A stretch of 63,888 nt of DNA, filler included, from Octopus bimaculoides (GCF_001194135.2; 5 parts of 5 records of this genome joined end to end with filler, not necessarily neighbours in it), one strand, 5' to 3'; positions 40,746 through 52,994 are shown, counted from the whole stretch's first letter. Notes: generated from the sequence alone by a model not told the origin. Translations and numbers: made by a program.

Positions 40746-41556
40746 GTTTTCCTATAATGATACTTTCTAATTAGATATAAATCTATATAAGACAATATAC
40801 TAATTATATCACTAAGATTTACCTCACACCATTCAGATGTAGTTTGACCTTTGTCCACTTTCGTTCACTTTGGTTTACTTTAATGCCTTACTTTACTGCC
40901 ACACATGAATATCTTCATTCATTTATATTAACAATTTATCAATGTACCACAACTCTAAGTGAAAGACTATAAATGTGATATGAAGGAGCTATTTACATAT
41001 CCTGATGTATCTGAACATTTAATTTCCTAAGAAGCTACCTGTAATACTGTACAGACTGTCAAATAGAAGAACTGTCACTCTATACCATTACTGAAGCTAA
41101 AAGCTAACCTAACTTGATTGTTTTCATCTACAGAATTAAAATGAATGCTTATATTTAACTAACTGGTCTCTAATCTTTCAAATTCCCCAAGTAAAGTGTT
41201 CTTGTCTTTTCTGTGTCAAAAGCTTCCGTTCATTTTTCAAAATTTTTATATGAATTCCCTATGTAATTTCCTATTTCACCCAGATGAGTTGTGAGTTATA
41301 TTTGAGCTCAGTTATATTTGAGCTGGAAGATTTTGCATTCATAAATATTCCATTTATAATGTTTCTTTCCTTCTTGGCTCTTATGTATCTTACCCTGATG
41401 GTGTATGTGTGTTTGAATTTGCTTACACACACACACACACACACACTAAGATGTACAAAGAACTGTATTTATCAATCAGTGTTTGGTTTGTATTCATACC
41501 CACTGAGATGTCTTTGTTTTTAATCCATGACTGTAATTCTCTCGCCTTCTTCCAAG

Positions 41557-41595
<39 letters not shown>

Positions 41596-42956
41596 TACCT
41601 TATACACATACACACATGTACACTGACATATATTGATCAGTAGATTCATTGATCAACCATTTGCTCAATTGATCGAGCCTTGCATACATAAAGCATATGA
41701 ATCAAATTATATATTAATAGTTGAATTATTATATAAATAATAACGGTATGTAACCATACAAAATCAACTGATGTATCCAAACACAATATCAACTTATGTA
41801 GTGGGTAAACATACAATATTAACCAATAAAGTCATATAAATATATATATATACTAACTGATATTGTGGATAAACATAGAATATCACCTGATAAAAGTGTG
41901 TAAACATATGTCAACTGATATTGAGGACAAACATATAATTTCATATAAAAATACAAAGAAAAATAAACAAGACTTAAATCATATAACTTCAGCTGAATGA
42001 ACAAATATGTTAACTCTTGTACAGCTGGAAGAACATCATTTTTGCCTTCAAATGAAGTATAAAGGAATCAATGTTCCTTTTTATTTTCTTGGAGTGTTAG
42101 TGTAATGGCTAATAGATATACATACAACACTGCCTACCTATTCCTCATCTGTTGCAATACTCTTCATGCAATTGGTAGTCTTAATTCACTGCTCTTGTGA
42201 AAATCCATACCCCTTTAGTGTTTAGATTAATTTGTCAAATGTAATGCTTATCTGTTCACATTAATTTTGATTTATTCAGGTTCAAGTTGGGTGTCCACAA
42301 TATTTGCTTGTAACTTTGTTAATTTTCTACATACAGATTTGAAATTTTGTAAATGGGTGTTTATATGCCAGTGGTTTATAGTTACGTAATTTTAGCTGAT
42401 CTTTCTGATTAAATTTGACTTTTATGGGCAGGTAAATTTAATTAACAGGTATAAAAACAATAACATTATGAATAAACATTAAAATTCATATTCTTAATAC
42501 ATCTTACCTGTTTGATTTCTTATAAAACTATCCCAAGATATCAACCACCAACAATTTTACATTTTTTAAGATGAGGTACATTAATTTGAATTAATTAAAA
42601 TACAGGTGTAATCGGTACAAGATTTTATTCTTTCTCTATATTTCATTCAAACATTTTCATTGAAAATAAAGTACAAAACTCTTATAACCAACAGCAACAA
42701 AAGAACGTGGAGACACATAAATGTTGAAAAAAACCATTGTTTCTTTATTGCCCACAAGGGGCCAACAAAGAGCGGACAACACAAACACATGTGGGGACAA
42801 ATAACACAAATAAATAAAAATTAAATTCAAATAAAATTAAAATTATGATAATATGAATGAATAACGAAAATGAAAAAAAGAAAATGCGCTGCTTGCCCCA
42901 TCTCAAGCAGCATCACTTACTTCTTTTTATCTTCGGAGTCCTTTAACACATCCCAC

Positions 42957-43215
42957 GGGCATATGGTGTAGTGGTTAAGAGCACGGTCTACTAACCCCAA
43001 GATTCCGAGTTCGATTCCAAGCAGTAATCTGGACAATAATGATAATAATAATAATAATAATAATAATAATATCGAAAAATACCTTAGGAATGAGAACCCA
43101 GGTTCGAAATTTCTCAAGACACCTGATGAAGGCTGGAGGGTATATCAGCCAAAACGTTATGTTAACAACAAACAAGATGAGGACAAATATCCGTCAAATG
43201 TAAATAATGTAAATA
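42957..43215 (+). mobile_element. tRNA-headed SINE (family E) carrying a hammerhead ribozyme motif
   Basis: A-box TGGTGTAGTGG 42964-42974, B-box GAGTTCGATTCC 43007-43018, internal (TAA)n, hammerhead at 43119-43162, tail (tgtaaataa)x2. Confidence 0.8.
43119..43162 (+). ncRNA. Minimal type-I hammerhead ribozyme motif (probably inactivated copy)
   Basis: ACAC-CTGATGA-A-GGCTG-gagggtatat-CAGCC-aAAA-CGT-T-aTGT: intact CUGAUGA, 5-bp stem II, palindromic ACGT stem III. G12 appears as A. Confidence 0.7.
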
Positions 43216-44103
43216 ATCTTTTGATATCTCTTCATGTTTGACTTGTCTCTCTCCTTCTTTTTAACTTCTGTCACTTCTGCAAAACTTTTCCTTTCCAAGC
43301 ACTTGTCCATCCTGTCCACAGCCATAACTAGTTCCTCCTCCAAAGAGGACAACTCAGAACCACTCAGGTCTGAATAAAACATCCTTCCACCAGCCACCGC
43401 TAACTCTCGTTAAAACAGAGAGAAAGTACAATCAAAAATTTCACTTCCAATACTATAACTAACAGCAACAAAAGAACGTGAAGACACATAAACGTTGAAA
43501 AAACCATTGTTTCTTTATTGCCCACAAGGGGCCAACAAAGAGCGGAGAACACAAACACATGTGGGGACACATAACACAAATAAATAAAAATTAAATTCAA
43601 ATAAAATTAAAATTATAATGATATGAATGAATAACGAAAATGAAAAAATGAAAATGTACTGCTTGCCCCACCTCAAGCAGCATCACTTACTTTCTTTTAT
43701 ATTGGGGGTCCTTTTAACATGTCCAAGCCGTGCTTTTCTAACAATTCCTTATAACCAATATTGTCCATTATCCTTTTCAAGTCTGCATAAATATACTTCT
43801 TTACTCCTTCCATTTGTTTCTCCGGAAGTAGCTCACTCGTGTGCCGCCCTACTGTATTTATATATCCTTCAACGTTCACAAATTTCGCTGTTTTCCATTG
43901 TTAGCTTACAAATCAGTTCCTTGTTCTCCTTATCTGTCAAAAAACATATGTAACTAGATTCACGGGGAGGGGAGTTTTGTATGTTTTGTTGTGTTTGTTT
44001 TCCCCTTTTTTGGGGGATTGTGTAGGATGGAAATGGGTGGGTTCGGTGTCTGTAGGGGAGGGGGGTCTGAGAGGGTGGGGTGGGTATGGTTTGGAGTTCC
44101 ACT

Positions 44104-45027
44104 TCAGTGTTCCTTCTTCCTCTTCTTCCTTCTTCCCTTGGCCACTGTCCACATTTCTTCCTTTTTCTTTTCTTCCTCCTGTACCTCCTCTTGCTTCTTC
44201 TCTAACTCCTTTTCAGCTTTTTGCAGATTTTGTATTTGTACAGGGCAGTGTGCTCTAATGTGACCTTTTTGGCTACATTTAAAATGAGGGATTCTGCCCT
44301 CTATCCACACTTTCACAATCATGTCACCAACAGTAACTGTCTCTGCCAATCTTTCCAGGGTTTCTACCTCAGCCTGTATAATGAGGTCTAGCATTTTTCC
44401 TTTCCACATCAACCCTTCTGTTTCTGTGGCCTGGAGGATGGCTACTTCCTCCTCACTTCCTAGGAGGACAGCCACCGCAACCCTAGCCACAGCTATATCT
44501 ACCCTAATCTTGGAAGTTCTTCTACCGAGACAAGTAGGTAGAAGGACCACTTTGTCAGTCTTCACTGTGTTTACGGCATTCCTCTTTGCTGCTCCCTCCA
44601 TTCTGAATTGCACGATCACCATCCTGTACCTGCTTCCTCTTGCCAAATACACTACAGCCCTCCACACCATGCACAACGCATTCTCAATTATTTCTTCTGC
44701 CATGTGTTCAATCTTTTTTCCTTCCACTGAGTAGACTTTCTATACCATGGTTTTCTTAACCATTACTTTCTGGGGTGGTGACAACTTTATGTCACCACCC
44801 ACTCTGCATGCCATCTTTTGATATCTTTTCGTGTCTGACATGTCTATCTCCTTCTTTTTAACTTCTGTCACTTCTGCAAAACTTTTCCTTTCCAAGCACT
44901 TGTCCATCCTGTCTACAGCCATAACTACTTCCTCCTCCAAAGAGGACAATTCAGAACCACTCAGGTCCAAATAGAACATCCTTCCACCATTAAATGGAGA
45001 GAAAGCACAATCAAAAAACCGCTGCAA
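44104..45027 (-). pseudogene. gag-like ORF1 (zinc knuckle) of the Tx1/L1-like element, with one in-frame TAG
   Basis: ORFs 44740-45027 and 44104-44727 are in the same frame, separated by TAG at 44740-44742. Contains KSFAEVT, a degenerate CCHC (FKCSQKGHIRAHC) and a basic C-terminus. Confidence 0.75.
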
Positions 45028-45191
45028 AGCAGCAACAAATTTTTACTTCCAATACTTACAACCAACAGCAACAAAAGAGCGTAGAGACACATAAACATTG
45101 AAAAAACCATGTGGTCTAAACAATTTCACAGTATTTATACTTGAATAAAGGCAGTAAAGGCTTCATCTCACATTATCTTGTAGTAACGCTG

Positions 45192-45219
45192 TGCGCATGC
45201 GTAGTCTTACGCATGCGTG
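45192..45219. promoter_or_regulatory. Paired NRF1/EWG-like GCGCATGCGC motifs (candidate promoter)
   Basis: TGCGCATGCGTA-gtct-TACGCATGCGTG (10-bp perfect inverted repeat) lies where CpG-depleted DNA on the left changes to CpG-retaining DNA. Confidence 0.5.
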
Positions 45220-45551
45220 GAATTCAACAACTATGCGTTCCCGCTTCTATTCTGTCTCTTTCTTGCTGGCCAGCGATTGAGCATGGACGTGTTTAGCTGT
45301 CTCTCTCCATCTTTCGAACTTACAGAAGACGGCTCGCTTACATCTACATACCAACGTCCCAACAACTATGCTCACACACACAGAAGCTGTAACAACAAAC
45401 AAGAGCTAAAGATGTATATATATTCCACCTTAAATAAATGTTGTTGTGTTGATAGTCTGGAGTTCAGCGTTCCGTTAATTCTTAATATTATATAGGAAAG
45501 TCAGGATACATCTAATGATGTATAACCCACTTTCCTATAAAGGGGTGACCC

Positions 45552-45651
45552 NNNNNNNNNNNNNNNNNNNNNNNNNNNNNNNNNNNNNNNNNNNNTTAAT
45601 TAATTAANNNNNNNNNNNNNNNNNNNNNNNNNNNNNNNNNNNNNNNNNNNN
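45552..45651. other. Artificial scaffold-joining spacer
   Basis: 44 N + TTAATTAATTAA + 44 N. Confidence 0.95.
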
Positions 45652-45698
<47 letters not shown>

Positions 45699-45994
45699 AA
45701 CACACACACATATATGTATATAATCATGTTATTCTATGTCATATCACACATGCGCTGGCGGTGTGTGTGTGCATGATGTGTGTGTGTGTGTGTGTGTGTG
45801 TGATGCGTGTGATGTGTGATGTGTATGTGAAGTGTGTGTGTAGGGTTGGTGGGATGTTGCTTTCGGTATTGGCATGCGTGTAATGCGAGCGTTTATGTTC
45901 ATGATGCAATTTTACATAATCAGAGGGAAATTTTCTCGGACACTTAAAAAGATAAGGAAATTGGGTGTCGTGAGAATGTAGATGAAAGGAACGT

Positions 45995-46530
45995 TTGATT
46001 GTGATGATGATGATGAGGAGGTGGAGGAGGAGGAGGCTGGTGGCTGTAGTGGCGATCGTGGTGAATGATGGGGATGATGATGATGATGGTGGTGGTGGTG
46101 GTGGTTGATATGGTGAAGGTGATGATGATGATGATAATGATGTTGGTGATGACAAGGACGATGACGATGATAGCGCTGACGACTATGACGACGACAACAA
46201 TGAGGGATGACGGGGGGGAGGAGGCGGAAGAGTTGTCACTGCTGGTGTTGATGATGATGATGGTAGTGGTGGCGGTGATTGCCCAAAACGTCATCTTGAT
46301 AACCATGACTGCCTAACCTCTTCATCCACATCTTCTTCTTCCTTCTCCTCTTCCTCATAATTATCAACACCTCTGACGTCATCATCAATCATCACTATCG
46401 CAACCACCTTCATCATCACCATCATCACCATCATCACCATCTTCATCTTAATCACTACCAGCACCATCACCGTCATCATCCTCATATATCATCACCACCA
46501 CCCTCTTCATCTTCGTCGTCATCATCGTCA
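45995..46530. repeat. Low-complexity (GAT/GGT)n followed by (CAT/CAC)n
   Basis: Degenerate trinucleotide arrays in opposite orientations. A similar array lies at 2195-2305. Confidence 0.85.
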
Positions 46531-46721
46531 GCGTCATCGTTTTTCAATGTATCTGATTGTGGTTTTTGTAAAGGACCCCAATCAAAATTTATTCGTTGCG
46601 GGGTTTTCAGTATTATAAGCCTCCCCCCCCCAGCCCGCCATCCCCTGCTCTTCCTCCACCAACCTCCAAACCACTAACCCTGGTGCCCCTACAAACCACT
46701 AACATTATTACTACCACTAGT

Positions 46722-46884
46722 CACTAGCGTAGCTAGAGTGTGTGCCACCCGGGGCGGCCCTTTCGTTTGCCGCCCCCGGACCCCACAAAAACACATTGCC
46801 AGCAGTAGACCCAAAACCGATACTCCTTTAAAAGTGTCGCCCAGGGCAGACGGCCCCTGCCGCACCCCACTAGCTACACCGGTG
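46722..46884. mobile_element. PIF/Harbinger-like MITE
   Basis: Imperfect TIRs cactagcgtagctagag / cactagctacaccggtg around a GC-rich ggggcggcc...gccgccccc core. Confidence 0.55.
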
Positions 46885-47096
46885 GTACTAGTACCGCTTC
46901 TACTACTCTCACAACTCGCACCACTCTGTAATTAACTCAACTACCACCGCAACTGCATCTACCTACAAATGAAAACGCCCACCACTAACACTGCCCCTGG
47001 TACTACAAATCACACACCTTACACCATTATCATAACCATTGTTGCGGGACTCCTTTATCTCTTGGACGAATAAGAGTTCAGTAAGATAAAGCTAGT

Positions 47097-47210
47097 GGAG
47101 GCGCATGGCTTGGTGGTTAGAGCAGCGGAATCGCGTCGAAGGATCGCGGGTTCTAATCTCAGACCGGGCGATGTATGTGTTTATGAGCGAAACACTTCAG
47201 CTCCAAGCAT
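47097..47210 (+). mobile_element. SINE family D head
   Basis: ggaggcgcatggcttggtggttagagcagcggaatcgcg...ggttctaatctcagaccgggcg. Confidence 0.75.
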
Positions 47211-47625
47211 TCTACCTATAGAGCAGGCTACAGTAAGGTAGCCACAAAATTTTGTAAGTCTTATTTCTACGTGCAGGATAATACGGCGCCTTGATCCACA
47301 AGTGTTGTCCTGTTGTTCGTGAAATACTAGTGTCTACTTTTATACGGGGTCTATGGAAGATTCCCTATTTTGGGGTCAAAAATTTGGGGTTGACTTTTAC
47401 ATGAGATCTACTATTACTCGAGTATATATGGTGTATGTTGACTCTAGGGGTTGACAGTTTAACAGTTGTATATACATAGATAAGACGATCGTTATGTGTT
47501 GACAACACAGATAGAAAGAGTTCGTAGTTCTTGACTATAGATGACAAATCGAAAGATAGACAGAATTATACATGGATAGATAGTAGGGTAGAGGATAGAG
47601 ACAGTGAATAAGAGAGATTGGTTAG

Positions 47626-47703
<78 letters not shown>

Positions 47704-48004
47704 GCAAGTAGACAGATAGACTGAACAACAGAGACATCAATAGACAGGCATAATACCAGCTTAATCCAAAGATTATCTCATAGAAGAAAGATCACAGTAC
47801 ATAGCAGTATATTGTGCAAATTTATAATTTGATAATCCATACGCCATTTCCAACGTTTCAAGTTTCAGTTTAGGAACAAGGCAAAAAGATACAAAGAGGG
47901 GAAGACAGAGATATAGAAAAAGCGGGGAACAGGGGTGCGTTTGTGTGTGTGTGTGTGTGCATTTCAAATACACACACACACACACACACATATATGTATT
48001 CTTT

Positions 48005-48210
48005 TGTACTTTTACTTGTTTCAGTTATTTGACTGCGCGCCCATGCTGGAGCACTGCCTTAAAGGGGTTTAGTCGAACAAGTCGACCGAAGGACTTATTG
48101 TATTTTTTTTAAAGTCTAGTACTTATTCTATCGGTCTGTTTTGTTGGACCGCTTGGTAACGGGGACGTAAAAACATCAGCGGTAATGAGAGAACAAACAC
48201 AAGCAGGAAG
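48005..48210 (-). mobile_element. SINE family C 3' half
   Basis: cttttacttgtttcagttatttgactgcg...ccatgctggagcactgcc...ggggacgtaaaaacatc. Confidence 0.75.
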
Positions 48211-48222
48211 ACACACACACAG

Positions 48223-48262
<40 letters not shown>

Positions 48263-48551
48263 GTANNNNNNNNNNNNNNNNNNNNNNNNNNNNNNNNNNN
48301 NNNNNNNNNNNNNNNNNNNNNNNNNNNNNNNNNNNNNNNNNNNNNNNNNNNNNNNNNNNNNNNNNNNNNNNNNNNNNNNNNNNNNNNNNNNNNNNNNNNN
48401 NNNNNNNNNNNNNNNNNNNNNNNNNNNNNNNNNNNNNNNNNNNNNNNNNNNNNNNNNNNNNNNNNNNNNNNNNNNNNNNNNNNNNNNNNNNATATATATA
48501 TATAGACACAGGCTGTCCGTAAAGTTATTATACAGTAAGGCTGTAAACATC

Positions 48552-48728
48552 TGTAGAGAGTTGTGGTGAAAGAGTACAGCAAGATTCGCTACCACGCCCT
48601 GCTGGGGACTCGTGGAGCTTTCGGTGTTTTCGCTCAATAAACACTCACAACGCCCGGGCTGGGATTCGAAACCGCGATCGCACGATCGCGAGTCCGCTGC
48701 TCTAACCACTGGACCATTGCGGCTCCAC
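48552..48728 (-). mobile_element. SINE family D 5' half
   Basis: Homologous to 25860-26034. Confidence 0.8.
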
Positions 48729-50865
48729 AGTCATTGATTAAAGAGATAGAAATAGTGTATATGTTCACTGGATAAGCATAGGGAATGTGCAAAGGTTGAC
48801 TGGATGATACACAACCGTATATATTTTGTAAATATCGTTAGTATAGTAGAGAGCCGCCATGTTTCAAAATATTAAATTGTTACTCCGGTAGATACATTGT
48901 AAATATATCGAAACACTTACGCGACACACTTAGATGTGCATCACATCAATTGTATAGACATGAATAAGTATACAAATTGCTATTTCGCTTTTAATATTTG
49001 CCGAATCTGTGTAAGCAACAGCCATCTGTAAGTTATATCATCATGGCAGTAGGAGATAGGAAAGAAGTCGCAAGTGAACACAGATGTAATCTCGTTAATG
49101 GTATCGCTAGAGCAGAATAAGGCTAATACATAGCACTTACTTAACAATATATTAAAGCAGTAACGTTTGATCTTCGTTACGATTATTTCCCATACAGCTA
49201 CGCTCTTGGTTTCACACATATTCGCCAGTCAGGTTTGGCTTTTCCATAGCGCTGGTGGCGAGGTGGGTGGACAGGTGGGTCGGTGAATGGATGGAGTTGC
49301 TGTTACAATGAATGGTGAATAGGGATAATGAGGAGGGGCAGAAGGAAGGGGAGGAGGACGGTGACGGTGACGATGACGACGGAGGCTACGATGACGATGA
49401 CGACGACAGAGCGAGCGGCTGCGATACCGAATCGATAATTCCATCTGCTCCTCTGCTTTCCGATTTCCCTGATTATCCATCAGTTCCTATAAATGTCTGT
49501 TGTTCGCCGCTGTATATCCATTCATATACCTACTTATCAAAATAAGTACGCCGTTGTCACTACCANNNNNNNNNNNNNNNNNNNNNNNNNNNNNNNNNNN
49601 NNNNNNNNNNNNNNNNNNNNNNNNNNNNNNNNNNNNNNNNNNNNNNNNNNNNNNNNNNNNNNNNNNNNNNNNNNNNNNNNNNNNNNNNNNNNNNNNNNNN
49701 NNNNNNNNNNNNNNNNNNNNNNNNNNNNNNNNNNNNNNNNNNNNNNNNNNNNNNNNNNNNNNNNNNNNNNNNNNNNNNNNNNNNNNNNNNNNNNNNNNNN
49801 NNNNNNNNNNNNNNNNNNNNNNNNNNNNNNNNNNNNNNNNNNNNNNNNNNNNNNNNNNNNNNNNNNNNNNNNNNNNNNNNNNNNNNNNNNNNNNNNNNNN
49901 NNNNNNNNNNNNNNNNNNNNNNNNNNNNNNNNNNNNNNNNNNNNNNNNNNNNNNNNNNNNNNNNNNNNNNNNNNNNNNNNNNNNNNNNNNNNNNNNNNNN
50001 NNNNNNNNNNNNNNNNNNNNNNNNNNNNNNNNNNNNNNNNNNNNNNNNNNNNNNNNNNNNNNNNNNNNNNNNNNNNNNNNNNNNNNNNNNNNNNNNNNNN
50101 NNNNNNNNNNNNNNNNNNNNNNNNNNNNNNNNNNNNNNNNNNNNNNNNNNNNNNNNNNNNNNNNNNNNNNNNNNNNNNNNNATGTAATGTATACATGTAT
50201 GGATGTATAGATATATGTATGTGTGTATGTATATATATGTATATTATATACATATATATATATATTTATTTATATACACACACACATATATATATATGTG
50301 TATATATATGCGTGCGTGTGTGTGTGTGTGTATGTATATATACTTGTGTACTACATGATGTAGCTTTCTGCTTTGGGGTTTTGCCTCACGATCAAAAGTT
50401 CTTCGTTTCGATTCGCGGAAAGTGTGGTGCGTTGTGTTCTTGAGCAAAACCTTTCATTTCACGTTTCTCATGTGCAACCGAGAAATCCTGTGATGGCCTG
50501 AGATACCCATTTAGGGCAAATGTTGCCATCTCAGTCAGTTATACATCATGTTGCCGGCCCTACAGGTCGTAGGAAAATGCAGGAGTCGATAGGGATGACG
50601 ATAAAATGAGACAGAATAGGTACACTAGTATATTGGTGCCCATATATAACTGTAGACATACTCTCACACACACACAGACATATACATACTTATACACAGA
50701 GACACACATAGACACATACTTACATTTTATACACGACAGGCTTCTTTCACTTTCCGTTTACAAAATCCGCTTAAAGTGAGACTGAACACGAAGCCAAGCA
50801 GTTACGAACGAAACATTTTACCACATCAGCATGTCTGCGCCAATCCTTGTTACATACGTATATTC

Positions 50866-51253
50866 TTTTACTTTCATTTGTTTCGGTCGTTCTGACTACG
50901 GCCATGCCGGAGCACCGCCTTTAGTCGAAGAAATCTACCCCAAGACTTATTCTTTGTAAGCCTAGCACGTATTCTATCAGCCTATTTTGCCGAACCGCTA
51001 GATTACGGGGACGTAAACACATCAATATCGGTTGTCAAGTGATGGTGGAGGACAAACACAGACAAACACACACACACACACACATATATACGACGGGCTT
51101 CTTTCAGTTTCCGTCTACCAAATCCTCTCACAAGACTTTGGTCGGCCCGAGGCTATAGTAGAAGACACTTGCCCAAGGTGCCACTTAGTGGGACTGAACC
51201 TGGAACCATGAGGTTTGTAAGAAAGCTATTTACCACACAGCCACTCCTACGCC
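50866..51253 (-). mobile_element. SINE family C, full length
   Basis: Head ggcgtaggagtggctgtgtggtaa, B-box ggttcagtccc, internal (TG)n, tail ...gtaaaag. CpGs retained. Confidence 0.9.
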
Positions 51254-51310
51254 TATACCTACTCTATTCATCCAATATCTGGACATCTGTGTGTGTGTGA
51301 GAGTGCGTGT

Positions 51311-51372
<62 letters not shown>

Positions 51373-52180
51373 GTATGCGTGTGTATGTCTCTTTGTTTCT
51401 GAGTTTGTCCGCCTGTACCACTTGCTAACCGGTGTTGGTGTGTTTACAGTTTANNNNNNNNNNNNNNNNNNNNNNNNNNNNNNNNNNNNNNNNNNNNNNN
51501 NNNNNNNNNNNNNNNNNNNNNNNNNNNNNNNNNNNNNNNNNNNNNNNNNNNNNNNNNNNNNNNNNNNNNNNNNNNNNNNNNNNNNNNNNNNNNNNNNNNN
51601 NNNNNNNNNNNNNNNNNNNNNNNNNNNNNNNNNNNNNNNNNNNNNNNNNNNNNNNNNNNNNNNNNNNNNNNNNNNNNNNNNNNNNNNNNNNNNNNNNNNN
51701 NNNNNNNNNNNNNNNNNNNNNNNNNNNNNNNNNNNNNNNNNNNNNNNNNNNNNNNNNNNNNNNNNNNNNNNNNNNNNNNNNNNNNNNNNNNNNNNNNNNN
51801 NNNNNNNNNNNNNNNNNNNNNNNNNNNNNNNNNNNNNNNNNNNNNNNNNNNNNNNNNNNNNNNNNNNNNNNNNNNNNNNNNNNNNNNNNNNNNNNNNNNN
51901 NNNNNNNNNNNNNNNNNNNNNNNNNNNNNNNNNNNNNNNNNNNNNNNNNNNNNNNNNNNNNNNNNNNNNNNNNNNNNNNNNNNNNNNNNNNNNNNNNNNN
52001 NNNNNNNNNNNNNNNNNNNNNNNNNNNNNNNNNNNNNNNNNNNNNNNNNNNNNNNNNNNNNNNNNNNNGGAGGTTGAAGGGGCGGCACACGTCGGGTGGC
52101 GTTTGTGCCTGCGGCAATTTTGGGTCTGATGTATAAGCCAGGAGCTTTTCAACACCTTCTCGTATATACATACAATATAT

Positions 52181-52229
<49 letters not shown>

Positions 52230-52290
52230 CGTGTGTTTGTATACGTATATATACATACATACATACACATATATTCGCGTGTGTATGTAT

Positions 52291-52329
<39 letters not shown>

Positions 52330-52451
52330 AGTATATAAGTGTATATATATATATGTGTGTATATATATATAATCATAGACAANNNNNNNNNNATATAAGT
52401 ATATAAGTGTATATATATATATGTGTGTATATTTATATAATCATAGACAAT

Positions 52452-52491
<40 letters not shown>

Positions 52492-52720
52492 TATATGGAA
52501 TAATTACTATAAAGCATTGTATAGAATATATTGTGTGTACACACGCACATCGGCAGCATTCGTTAGTTTCTTGAAAATGGGGTCATAACCCCGAAAAATT
52601 GTATGCAAGATGCAAGATAACTCTACATTCATTCATATATTTGCGTTCTTGGGATTTACCTTGCATTTACTTCGAATTGTTCTGGCCTTACCCACAATCC
52701 TTTATACAATACACTCACAA

Positions 52721-52753
<33 letters not shown>

Positions 52754-52994
52754 AACTTCCACCACCACCAGTATTTACTCGCAGCTCCTTCAGCATGACC
52801 ACCATCAACACCAATGCCAAAACCCCCACCGTCATTTCCTGTCAACCAACCAACGCCTTAATTAAGCTTCTCTCTCTGAAGCACCTCCAACCGCGTGAGA
52901 TAATGAGCTACGTGATGGCATAGTTTCTCAGCCTGGACCCACAGACACATTTAGGGATCGGGAGTGGATGCAGAACTCCATGAAGGGTGTCCAC

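Larger units (their letters stand above)
42681..45110 (-). mobile_element. Tandem dimer of a non-autonomous Tx1/L1-like element with three ~55-bp terminal repeats
   Basis: Repeats at 45055-45110, 43454-43507 and 42681-42737. Shared 5' block (44813-45054 vs 43216-43453) and shared 3' block (43508-43720 vs 42738-42955) ending in gcaataaagaaac. Confidence 0.75.

Noticed and set aside
45217-45495. 92-aa plus-strand ORF next to the NRF1-like motifs
   Set aside because: Non-ATG start, no recognisable domain and no supporting splice structure.
48980-49219. 79-aa hydrophobic ORF resembling a GPCR helix
   Set aside because: Too short, no further TM segments, no conserved GPCR motifs.
52326-52445. 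Direct repeat on both sides of a 10-N gap
   Set aside because: Typical unmerged contig overlap, an assembly artefact.
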